NCBI GenBank assembly: GCA_039715015.1
Contig: JBDLIE010000005.1
Span: 32,001-96,000, forward strand
DNA: 64,000 nt
Source of the DNA: Thermodesulfobacteriota bacterium
Lineage (GTDB): Bacteria > Desulfobacterota > Desulfobulbia > Desulfobulbales > SURF-16
Direction: 5' to 3'
Shown here: in pieces, positions 29,141 to 37,616 of the stretch
How positions within the stretch are numbered: position 1 is the first letter of the stretch
Layout of the letters: each line of letters begins with the position of its first letter
Program-made: the position numbers and the translations under genes
Notes under the pieces: generated by a model
Told to the model about the DNA's origin: nothing
Seen by the model: the letters and a program-made list of their open reading frames with translations, nothing else
Databases searched by the model: none

Positions 29141-29871
29141 ATTATCAAGGCTGGGGCTTAGGAATATCCATGATGCTCCATGGCCTTTTGGCCTGGGGGC
29201 TGTTGAGCACAATTACCACTTCCACCCTGAATCCCTTGGACGGCAAGAGCCGGATAAGCCTTGATTTCTGCCTGCTGCCTCTCCAGGCGGTGGTGCTGGC
29301 ACAAAGCTCACCATCTCCGCCCCAACCTAGGAAGGTGGTGAAAAAAAAACCAGCCACGCCTGTCAAGGTGCGGGAGATAGCCAAACCTGAAGCCAGCAAG
29401 AAAAAAACTGTCGTTGCCGAAAAACAACCCGATCCGGCCCAGGTTGCCCCGGCACTGGCTGAAGAACGGCTGGTTGCCAAACAGGAAGTTGGAGCTGAAG
29501 ATTTGCCGCCAGCCGGCTTTAGCGAGGCTGGGCCGGGCACGGCTGACGAGGCTGCCACCGTTCCGCAGGCTTCTCTGCAAGCCGCCAAACGGCAGCAGTA
29601 TGTTGATACCTATTTTTCTGATATCTGCCAAAAGATACAGCAAAACATGCGTTATCCCAAACTAGCCCGCCGTATGGGCCTGGAAGGGAAGGTTGTGGTC
29701 TCATTTATGGTTCATAAAGATGGCAATATTGATGATGTGCGTATAGTGCAAAGCTCCGGGGTGAGAATTCTTGATAAAAACGCCATTGATACCATAAAAA
29801 ATACGGCCCCCTTTCCGAAGCCGCCGATCACTGCCGAGTTGATTGTGCCGATCAAATACGGTTTGGTCTGA
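29137..29871 (+). CDS. tonB: TonB energy transducer
   Basis: TM helix with SMMLH, Pro/Lys-rich linker, YPKLARRMGLEGKVVVSF, SSG...LD. Confidence 0.9.
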   Translation: MNYQGWGLGISMMLHGLLAWGLLSTITTSTLNPLDGKSRISLDFCLLPLQAVVLAQSSPSPPQPRKVVKKKPATPVKVREIAKPEASKKKTVVAEKQPDPAQVAPALAEERLVAKQEVGAEDLPPAGFSEAGPGTADEAATVPQASLQAAKRQQYVDTYFSDICQKIQQNMRYPKLARRMGLEGKVVVSFMVHKDGNIDDVRIVQSSGVRILDKNAIDTIKNTAPFPKPPITAELIVPIKYGLV

Positions 29872-30022
29872 AACCGTTGATCCTTGCAGGTCTTCTTGCC
29901 TGTAATCCCATGGCAGGTAATGTAACTGCCTGCTGTTAATGGCTTTTTCCAAGACTCTCATTTCATCGACTTAGATACAAATCCAAAGACCTGGCAGGTA
30001 TCGGCTAGGTGCTTGGATTTTG

Positions 30023-30063
30023 TGGTACTTGAGCGAGAATCAAACTCGAACGGGCGCAATGTC
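30023..30063 (-). pseudogene. Possible degenerate tRNA 3' half (long variable arm, Leu-like)
   Basis: Minus strand GACATTGCGCCCGTTCGAG-TTTGATT-CTCGCTCAAGT-ACCA: T-arm-like stem-loop and ACCA end, followed by a hairpin at 29978-30022. Confidence 0.35.
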
Positions 30064-30256
30064 AAACCGCTTTGAAAATTAACCTCTCAACCGCGTCCAA
30101 TTTTGCCCCCTTATTTTAAACAAAAGAGATCATTTTCTGTTTTTCAACCTCCAATTCTCCCTTGTGAAGAGTGTCATTGCAGGGCCAATCAGCAACCGGT
30201 TCTTTACGGAGCGTCAGGGGCTCAGTCGGGGTGATTCTTGCCAAGGCGGTTGGCTC

Positions 30257-30553
30257 CTACTCTCTGGCAATGGTGCGGTGTCACTCGCTTAAGGATTGCT
30301 GAATGTGCGAGACGAAAAAGGTCGTTAAAATTGCACTTATGGCAGAAGCAAGCTCCATACCCTATAGATGAAGGTCCATATTCAAGGTAGTAATAGTGCA
30401 AACCTGCTGGAAAAGAAATGAACCGATCTTGATCGTAAGAATTTGGCTGGCCACGGCCCACCAACGTAATTTTAGCAGCCACAAGAGACCAATTCGCTTG
30501 GTGTTATGAGTATTTTGCTAAGGATTCAGTCTGCTTAGAAAAGTGGGATCCAT
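30257..30553 (-). pseudogene. regB remnant with internal deletion and stop codons
   Basis: MDPTFLSRLNP*QNTHNTKRIGLLWLLKLRWWAVASQILTIKIGSFLF|QQVCTITTLNMDLHL*GMELASAISAILTTFFVSHIQQSLSE*HRTIA; matches two separate segments of RegB at 19264-20619. Confidence 0.9.
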
Positions 30554-30680
30554 TGTGTTTGGTTGAGGTGGAAGGGAAGGTGTCGACTGAATCAAAATCA
30601 GCACATCAACCTCAAGCCCGCCAACCACCTAAGGGACACTTTCTCAATATCTTTTGGCCAAAAGGATCAACGAGACTTAT

Positions 30681-30695
30681 GCGACAATTTGCCAC
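30681..30695. promoter_or_regulatory. RegA-like box upstream of the torD-molybdoenzyme operon (copy 2)
   Basis: GCGACaatttGCCAC; flanks shared with 20749-20791 (tatgcgacaatttgccacatttt...aacttgtgtt). Confidence 0.6.
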
Positions 30696-30892
30696 ATTTT
30701 CCCTGCCGCTAACTTGTGTTAAGGAGAATCGTTTACAAGGAAAAGGTGAATTGGCCTAAGTATGCAATGCTTATACAAAATTCATTCTCTTATTTTTTTT
30801 AACGAGTATGTAAAGCTCCTTTGAATATTTGATTCTCATTTTTTTTATTTTGTAATGAGTACACCAATATATTCTGACAACCACGGTATCTT

Positions 30893-31444
30893 ATGTCAGC
30901 AGCAGACGAGCCAATCAGGCTTGCAGAAATCTATCGTTTCCTGGCGCAGACCATGCGCTATCCAGAGTCATCATGGTTCCATGATGACTATCTCTCTGTT
31001 TTTAAAGAGATGCTCGTTCAGCTTGAGTGGCAAGATAACGTCAATGCCCTTCCTGAGAGGATTACTGACGAGATCCTTGAAGAGATTCAGGTTGATTACA
31101 CCCGCCTTTTTATCAATGCCGTTCCTCATGTTATAGCCCCTCCTTATGCCTCGGTATATATCGATGGTACCTTAAATAGCACCACTGCTGATAAGACCCG
31201 CGAGTATTTCCGCCAGAAAGGCTTCGATACCACAAACACCGAGTTCCCTGACCATCTTGTTACTGAACTTGATTTCCTGTCCTTGCTTGAGGATGAGAGT
31301 GAGGGCAGTAGCGAAGAATTTTTAACCCAATATTTTCGCCCCTGGTTTGAGATGTTTCGCGATCTTGTTCTAAAAGAGGTTGAAGTTTCATACATCAAAT
31401 CAGCCATTGAACTAATAGATTTTTTCACCACCAATGAGACCTAA
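30893..31444 (+). CDS. TorD/DmsD-family molybdoenzyme chaperone
   Basis: DYTRLF, APPYASVY, EFPDHLVTELDFL. Confidence 0.9.
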   Translation: MSAADEPIRLAEIYRFLAQTMRYPESSWFHDDYLSVFKEMLVQLEWQDNVNALPERITDEILEEIQVDYTRLFINAVPHVIAPPYASVYIDGTLNSTTADKTREYFRQKGFDTTNTEFPDHLVTELDFLSLLEDESEGSSEEFLTQYFRPWFEMFRDLVLKEVEVSYIKSAIELIDFFTTNET

Positions 31445-31544
31445 GCGGGCTGTGAACAGGCCGCTTAATATATGAGTCTACAAAGCATATTTTTTTTGAA
31501 GCTTACTGTTTCAAATAATTAAAACCTGAGGGAGGTAAGAGAAT

Positions 31545-33749
31545 ATGGCTTTCAACTTAACAAGACGTAAATTCCTGCAAACGGCTTCGCTTGCAGCGGC
31601 TTCTGTGCCGTTGGCAAATGTTGTCGCTGCAGAGGCCGGCGTTGCCAAGTCGCCATTTACACCGTCTGGTACCATTGCAGATAAAACTGCTGTTGGCGGT
31701 ATCTGTGAGATGTGTTTTTGGCGCTGTCAGCTTGTCGGTAAGGTTCGTGACAACAAGCTCATGAAGCTTGAGGGTAACCCCAAGTCGATTGACAACGGCA
31801 AGGCGATTTGTGCCCGCGGTAATGCCGGTGTCCAGCTTCTTTATGATAAGGATCGTCTCAAGTACCCCATGAAAAATGTCGGTAAGCGTGGTGCTCCTAA
31901 GTGGAAGAGAATCTCCTGGGACGAAGCCCTTGATACCTGTGCCAAGAAGCTGAAAGCCACTGAGAAGAAGTTTGGCGCCAAGGGTATCTGTATGTTTCCC
32001 CATGGTGCTTCAGCCAAATATCCCATGCATTATTTTGAGAAGACAGTTGGTACTCACAATGTAAGTGAGGCCTCTTTCTTCCAGTGCCGTGGTATCCGTG
32101 ACACTGCCTTTGTTAATACCATCGGAACCCCTCCAGGTGAGAATGTTGATATGGCAAACGCCAAGGTTATCTTTGCCCTTGGTGGCCATTTTGGCGAGAA
32201 CGTTCATGTCTCCCATGTGAAGCGTTACCTGAAAGGCCTGGAGAATGGTGCCAAGCTGGTTATCGTTGATCCCCGTTTTTCCGCCTCTGCCGCCAAGGCT
32301 GATGAGTGGGTACCTGTTAAGCCTGGTACTGATACCGCTCTTATGCTCGGTATGATGAACTACATCATCAAAAAAGGTAAGCACAACAAGGCATTCATTG
32401 AGAAGCACGGAAGCGGTTTTGACGAGTTCAAAGAGGCTATTTCCGGCTGGTCCATTAAGAAGACCGCTAAGACCTGTGACGTTCCTGCTGATCAGATCAA
32501 ACGCGTTGCTAATCTTTTGGCTGACAATGCTCCTAATGTATCAATCCATCCCGGCCGTCACGTAAGTTGGCATGGTAATGACTTCCAGCGTCAGCGCTCT
32601 CTTGGCTGTATGATGGGTCTGCTTGGCGCCATGGGGGTCAAGGGCGGATTTGTTAAGGGTAAAGGCCCTAAAGGTGTCGGCAAGGTGAGCTGGCCTAAAG
32701 GTGACCATCATGAAGAGGCCCTTCATGTCGCCGCAGATGTCCATCATTTCGCGCCTCCAGGAACACCCACTGATCTGATTCGTGATGCGGCAATTACCGG
32801 TAATCCCTATCCGATCAAGTCCTGCGTTATCTGGGGCCAGAACCCTATGCAGACTATTCCGAACCAGAAAAAGACCATCGATATGCTTAAGCAGATGGAT
32901 TTTGTAATGTGTGTTGATGTTATGCCCACCGACATCACCATGTATGCTGATATCCTCCTGCCCGAGGGTTCGTATCTGGAACGTTACGACTATATCAAGA
33001 AGGGTACTCAGTGGAACCTCTCCGGCAAACAGGAGCAGTATATCTCTGCTCGTATGCCAATGGTGAAGGCTGATTTCGAACGTAAGGACCAGGTCTACAT
33101 CACCAACGAAATAGCTGAACGTATGGGTTATGGTGATAAGATTCCTGTTAAGACTCTTCCCGAGATGGTTGATAAGCAGCTTGCCGGTGCCGGTCTTTCT
33201 ATCAAGAAACTAGTTGCTGAAAATGGTATCCATGTCCAGCCAGGTAAAGATCCCTATGGTGTTTCCGAGGACCTGGAAGTCATCTTCAATAATGAAGAGA
33301 TTGGCGAGCTCGGTTATCCGTCCTCACCGACCTATATTCCTGTTGAAGAGGTGCCATCCGGTCATTTTCGTCTGCTTTACGGTCGTTCACCTGTGCATAC
33401 CTTTAACCGCAGTCAGAACAATGTTTGGCTCCATAACGCCATGCCTGAAAATCCTGTATGGCTTAATGATGCAATGGCTGAAAAACTTGGTCTTAAAGAT
33501 GGTGACCGGGTATATTGTGTTAACAGCGAAGGCGTGAAGTCTCGCACCACTACATCTGTCAAGGTCACCCCAGGTATCCGCAAAGACTGCGTATACATGG
33601 CCCATGGCTATGGTTCCATGAACCCTGCTTTGAGCGTTGGTGTGGGCGCTGGTATTGATGATCAGTCTCTGATCACCAAGCTGGCTGTGGATCCAGAAAC
33701 AGGTTGTCACGGTATGCGTAATAACTTTGTTAAACTGGTTAAAGCGTAA
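31545..33749 (+). CDS. Tat-exported molybdopterin oxidoreductase catalytic subunit, polysulfide/thiosulfate reductase (PsrA/PhsA) type
   Basis: TRRKFL Tat motif; CEMCFWRC...ICARG Fe-S site; FQCRG likely Mo ligand Cys; VDPRFS, PGTD, ADILLPEGSYLER; C-terminal Mo-binding domain. Confidence 0.88.
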   Translation: MAFNLTRRKFLQTASLAAASVPLANVVAAEAGVAKSPFTPSGTIADKTAVGGICEMCFWRCQLVGKVRDNKLMKLEGNPKSIDNGKAICARGNAGVQLLYDKDRLKYPMKNVGKRGAPKWKRISWDEALDTCAKKLKATEKKFGAKGICMFPHGASAKYPMHYFEKTVGTHNVSEASFFQCRGIRDTAFVNTIGTPPGENVDMANAKVIFALGGHFGENVHVSHVKRYLKGLENGAKLVIVDPRFSASAAKADEWVPVKPGTDTALMLGMMNYIIKKGKHNKAFIEKHGSGFDEFKEAISGWSIKKTAKTCDVPADQIKRVANLLADNAPNVSIHPGRHVSWHGNDFQRQRSLGCMMGLLGAMGVKGGFVKGKGPKGVGKVSWPKGDHHEEALHVAADVHHFAPPGTPTDLIRDAAITGNPYPIKSCVIWGQNPMQTIPNQKKTIDMLKQMDFVMCVDVMPTDITMYADILLPEGSYLERYDYIKKGTQWNLSGKQEQYISARMPMVKADFERKDQVYITNEIAERMGYGDKIPVKTLPEMVDKQLAGAGLSIKKLVAENGIHVQPGKDPYGVSEDLEVIFNNEEIGELGYPSSPTYIPVEEVPSGHFRLLYGRSPVHTFNRSQNNVWLHNAMPENPVWLNDAMAEKLGLKDGDRVYCVNSEGVKSRTTTSVKVTPGIRKDCVYMAHGYGSMNPALSVGVGAGIDDQSLITKLAVDPETGCHGMRNNFVKLVKA

Positions 33750-33795
33750 GACTTTATAAGCCTACGAGATACTCTATTAAGGAGGATTTACCGTT

Positions 33796-34596
33796 ATGCA
33801 ATACGGAATGGTTATAGATTTAAATAAGTGTGTTGGCTGTCACGCCTGCACCATCGCCTGTAAAGCCGAGTGGGAAGTGCCGGCAGATAAGGGCAGAAAC
33901 TGGGTTCATCGTCTGGGCCCTGCCAATACTCCCCATGGCCTGGCTTCCACTTACTATCCAGGTCTATGCAACCACTGCAATGAGCCTGCCTGTGTTCCTG
34001 TCTGCCCTGCTGACACCGTTCAGAAGACCTTCAAGGACAAGAAAACCGGCAAGACCAAGAGCATGGAAGTGGCTGCAACATATAAAGATCCCTTTAACGG
34101 TACTGTTCAGATCGATAAGGAACGTTGCCTGGGTTGTGGTGCTTGTGCTGATGCCTGTCCTTACAGCGCTCGTTATGTGAACGAGAACCAGATCAACGAG
34201 GAAATTGGCAGTGAAGGTACGGCTGACAAGTGCACTTACTGCATGCCCCGGGTAGAGAAGGGCCTTGAACCTGCCTGTGTTCAGACCTGTCTGGCTGGCG
34301 CTCGCATCTTTGGCGACCTGGATGATCCTAACTCTGCGCCTTCCAAGTACAAGAAGGATGGGGCCAAGAGTCTGTCGTCCGCCAAGGTCAATATTGGCTC
34401 TAACGGTCTCTATTACGGCAACAAACGTGATATGGCACTGCTAACCTCCATGTCAACTCCCCAGGAGATGCCGGAGGCCAATATGCGCCGTATCCTGATG
34501 GCTAAAATGAAGCCTGGCTTCAATAAGGCCAAAAAACTTGGCATGCTGGGCCTTGTTGGCGCAGTAGCTATGAAAGGAATGAGCGAAGAAGAGTAG
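33796..34596 (+). CDS. 4Fe-4S dicluster subunit (PsrB/DmsB type) with C-terminal hydrophobic tail
   Basis: CVGCHACTIAC, CNHCNEPACVPVCP, CLGCGACADACPY, KCTYC...PACVQTC. Confidence 0.92.
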   Translation: MQYGMVIDLNKCVGCHACTIACKAEWEVPADKGRNWVHRLGPANTPHGLASTYYPGLCNHCNEPACVPVCPADTVQKTFKDKKTGKTKSMEVAATYKDPFNGTVQIDKERCLGCGACADACPYSARYVNENQINEEIGSEGTADKCTYCMPRVEKGLEPACVQTCLAGARIFGDLDDPNSAPSKYKKDGAKSLSSAKVNIGSNGLYYGNKRDMALLTSMSTPQEMPEANMRRILMAKMKPGFNKAKKLGMLGLVGAVAMKGMSEEE

Positions 34597-34620
34597 ACTC
34601 TTTAGATCTTTAGGCCTTGT

Positions 34621-34660
34621 AAGGCGTCCCCGGGGAATTTTTCCGGGGACGCCTTTTTTT
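34621..34660 (+). terminator. Intrinsic terminator after the molybdoenzyme operon
   Basis: aaggcgtccccgg-loop-ccggggacgcctt followed by a T-run. Confidence 0.85.
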
Positions 34661-34897
34661 ATGTCAGAAATGGTGAGCGAAAAACTAAGGGGCCTCGATA
34701 TGCAGGGTCCCGCTGAGGGTAATGGGTAGAAACGCGAATATGAACATGTAGGAGTTAAATAGCTATATATATGGCCATTCTCGTAAATGATGGAGGTTTG
34801 AGTGTCTCAAGAAATATGTCTGGACAACTTTCTGAGGATGATAGAGGCAGTTAACGTACTGATTTGTAAATATTGAATTACTTTAAAGAAAGAGAGC

Positions 34898-35539
34898 TTA
34901 AGAGAGAATTGCTTTCTTAAGACTTTCTATACCTGCCCGTTCTACAAAACGAGCTGTTCTTTCCCCCTTCTTGGCATTTTTTAGGTAATAATTAAGGCAT
35001 TTCTCCACAACGGAAAACACCTCACTGTCGCTTAAGCCTTCAATAATTATATCCGCAATGCGTGGTTTGGCGCCGGCATTACCACCAAAGACCAGGGTCC
35101 AGCCACTGAGATTAGCAAAAAGGCCAATGTCTTTAGTGAAACTGGCACAACAGTTTCTGGGACAGCTTGAGATCCCGATCTTGAGTTTTGCTGGTGATAA
35201 GAGGTTGTTGAAAAGGCTTTCAATGTCTGCTGTGAGAGCATCTAATGAAAAACAGGCATGTTTGCAGCTGTTACGTTCCTGGCAGGCTATGACATAACCC
35301 GTAGTACCCCTGGCCCCCACGTGAAAATAACGATCAATATGGTCCTTGATTGACTCCCTATCTTTTTCTTTGGCCCCACTAAAGGCAAGGCGTTTAGCCG
35401 AGGTAATCTTTATTCTTGGGACCTGGTATTTTTTGGCAATATGGATGATTTCTTCCATATCGGCAAGAGACATCACTCCTGATGCTTTACCTGGGATAAT
35501 GAGGGGGGATGATGGTTTTTTTTGGGATCCATTGGGCAT
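34898..35539 (-). CDS. Small nitrite/sulfite-reductase-domain (siroheme/4Fe-4S) protein
   Basis: IKITSAKRL ferredoxin-like half; CQERNSC...KIGISSCPRNC; GGNAG; ERTARFVER. Confidence 0.78.
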   Translation of the reverse strand: MPNGSQKKPSSPLIIPGKASGVMSLADMEEIIHIAKKYQVPRIKITSAKRLAFSGAKEKDRESIKDHIDRYFHVGARGTTGYVIACQERNSCKHACFSLDALTADIESLFNNLLSPAKLKIGISSCPRNCCASFTKDIGLFANLSGWTLVFGGNAGAKPRIADIIIEGLSDSEVFSVVEKCLNYYLKNAKKGERTARFVERAGIESLKKAILS

Positions 35540-35614
35540 TTGATACTCTTTTGGTTATAGATATGGCAAAGGTAACCAGTGCTTATCGTTTTAAGTAGGA
35601 AGAAACTGTAGCTT

Positions 35615-37444
35615 ATGTCGTCACAAAATATTTCTAAACATCCAGTGCTTACGAACGCCTTTCTCAAGGGAGTGGCGACCGGTCCGGGTGTTTATTTAAT
35701 GAAGGATAGCAAAAAACGGGTCATCTATGTTGGTAAGGCGCGTAACCTTCGTAAGCGGCTTACCTCCTATGCCCGCCTGCAGGCCCAGGCACATAATAAG
35801 ACCAAGGCCCTGGTCGCCAAAATAGCAGCAGTAGAGACAATCCTCACTGCCACTGAAAAAGAGGCTCTCATTCTTGAAGCCTCTCTCATAAAAAAAAATA
35901 AACCAAAATATAATGTCATTTTACGTGATGACAAGAACTATCCCTTTATAAAGGTCACAGTTCAGGACAAGTGGCCACGGCTCATGATGACCCGCAGGCG
36001 TCTTAAAGATAAGGCCCGTTATTTTGGGCCGTATTCATCTGTGTCGTCCATGTGGGCTGCCATAAAACTTTTGGGGAACCTTTTCCCTCTGCGGCGCTGT
36101 AAAGTAGTAAGGCCGAGGAAGAGGCCGTGTTTGAACGGTCAGATGGGTGCCTGCTTGGCGCCCTGTGTCCCAGGTTGTGACGAGCGTATGTATATGCAAG
36201 CGGTTGACAATGTCATCATGGTTCTTGAAGGAAAGAGCCAGGAACTGCTTAAGCGATTGCGTGAGAAGATGACGGTGGCTTCAGGTAATCTCGATTTTGA
36301 AGAGGCAGCGCTTTGTCGTGACCAGATTACATCCCTGGAAAAAACTCTGGAAAAGCAGGTGATGGTGGCCAGCAGCAGCCATGATATTGATGTTTTCGGA
36401 GTCCAGAGACAGGCCGGCTCAATGGCGATATCAGTTATCACAGTGCGGAGCGGCAAGGTGGAGGGGCACCAATCATTTTTTATTGCCGAACCGGTTGGTG
36501 ATGATCATGACGTCCTCGCTGAGGCCCTTCGGCGATTTTATAGTGATGATATCTATATCCCCAAATTGGTTTTGCTCCCGTGGTCTACAGGGGAAGAGGC
36601 GTTTTTTGAGGAGTACCTTACTGATCAGAAAAGTGGCAAGGTTACCATGCGCATTCCACAAAAGGGCGATTTGCGTCGTCTTGTAGCCATGGCAAATGAA
36701 AATGCCGCCCAGGTTTTTAGTGATAGGGATAAACAGGAAAAGTCGTGGCAGGTTATGGCTCGTCAGCTCAAAGAAACTCTTAACCTCTCAAGGTTACCCC
36801 GCCGGATTGAATGTTTGGATATTTCCAACACAAGCGGCAAGGAGGCTGTGGGCTCCCTCGTCTGTTTTGTGGATGGGGAGAAGGCTGCAACTCATTATCG
36901 TCATTATAAGATTAGGAGTGTTGCAGGGCCCGATGATTACGCAATGATGGCCGAAGTTCTTTGCCGTCGTTTTGCCCCTGAGAAGGGTCCTGAATTGCCC
37001 GATCTGTTTATTGTTGATGGCGGTAAAGGGCAGCTGAATATCGGGGTGAAAATTTTCAAAGATCTGGCTATTTTTAACGAAGTTGATCTTCTGGGCATTG
37101 CCAAGGAGCGGCAAGGGGAAGGGGAAAAACTCTTTCGGCCCGGCAGAAAAAATCCATATCAGCTGGCCCGTCACTCCCAGCTTCTTCTTTTTGTTATGCG
37201 TATTCGTGATGAATCGCATCGCTATGGTGTTACCTTTCACCGAAAGTTGCGGAAGAAAAGAACCCTTACATCCGAGCTCGATCATGTCGTGGGAATTGGG
37301 CCTGCCAGGCGGAAGAGATTGCTTAGTCATTTCGGCAGCGTTGCAGGGGTTAAAAAGGCCTCTCTTGAAGAGCTTGCATCCGTTGATACCGTCGGCAAAG
37401 AGCTTGCGCAAACCATCTTTCACGCCTTGCACCGTCAAGGTTAA
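35615..37444 (+). CDS. uvrC: Excinuclease ABC subunit C
   Basis: PGVYLM...IYVGKARNLRKRL GIY-YIG domain, ECLDISN, VDGGKGQL, RIRDESHR, C-terminal HhH. Confidence 0.96.
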   Translation: MSSQNISKHPVLTNAFLKGVATGPGVYLMKDSKKRVIYVGKARNLRKRLTSYARLQAQAHNKTKALVAKIAAVETILTATEKEALILEASLIKKNKPKYNVILRDDKNYPFIKVTVQDKWPRLMMTRRRLKDKARYFGPYSSVSSMWAAIKLLGNLFPLRRCKVVRPRKRPCLNGQMGACLAPCVPGCDERMYMQAVDNVIMVLEGKSQELLKRLREKMTVASGNLDFEEAALCRDQITSLEKTLEKQVMVASSSHDIDVFGVQRQAGSMAISVITVRSGKVEGHQSFFIAEPVGDDHDVLAEALRRFYSDDIYIPKLVLLPWSTGEEAFFEEYLTDQKSGKVTMRIPQKGDLRRLVAMANENAAQVFSDRDKQEKSWQVMARQLKETLNLSRLPRRIECLDISNTSGKEAVGSLVCFVDGEKAATHYRHYKIRSVAGPDDYAMMAEVLCRRFAPEKGPELPDLFIVDGGKGQLNIGVKIFKDLAIFNEVDLLGIAKERQGEGEKLFRPGRKNPYQLARHSQLLLFVMRIRDESHRYGVTFHRKLRKKRTLTSELDHVVGIGPARRKRLLSHFGSVAGVKKASLEELASVDTVGKELAQTIFHALHRQG

Positions 37445-37616
37445 GGCAAGATATGACAAACAATAATTGACAGCCCGGAGAACCGTTGTTAGAAGTCTAA
37501 TCTGCTAGAATTTTTTATGATATTACTCTTTTCATGCCCTATGGCTGAAATGTCAAATGACAGGGGGCTCACCGTTCTAAGCAGCTCCTCTGTTGTATAA
37601 TGGAGATTTTATAATC

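Noticed and set aside
30222..30482. 86 aa minus-strand ORF containing CFCHKC
   Set aside because: It is an alternative frame over the regB pseudogene; the regB-like frame explains the sequence
34665..34890. Intergenic stretch sharing gtgtctcaagaa with about 10898
   Set aside because: A single 12-mer match without extended similarity could be chance
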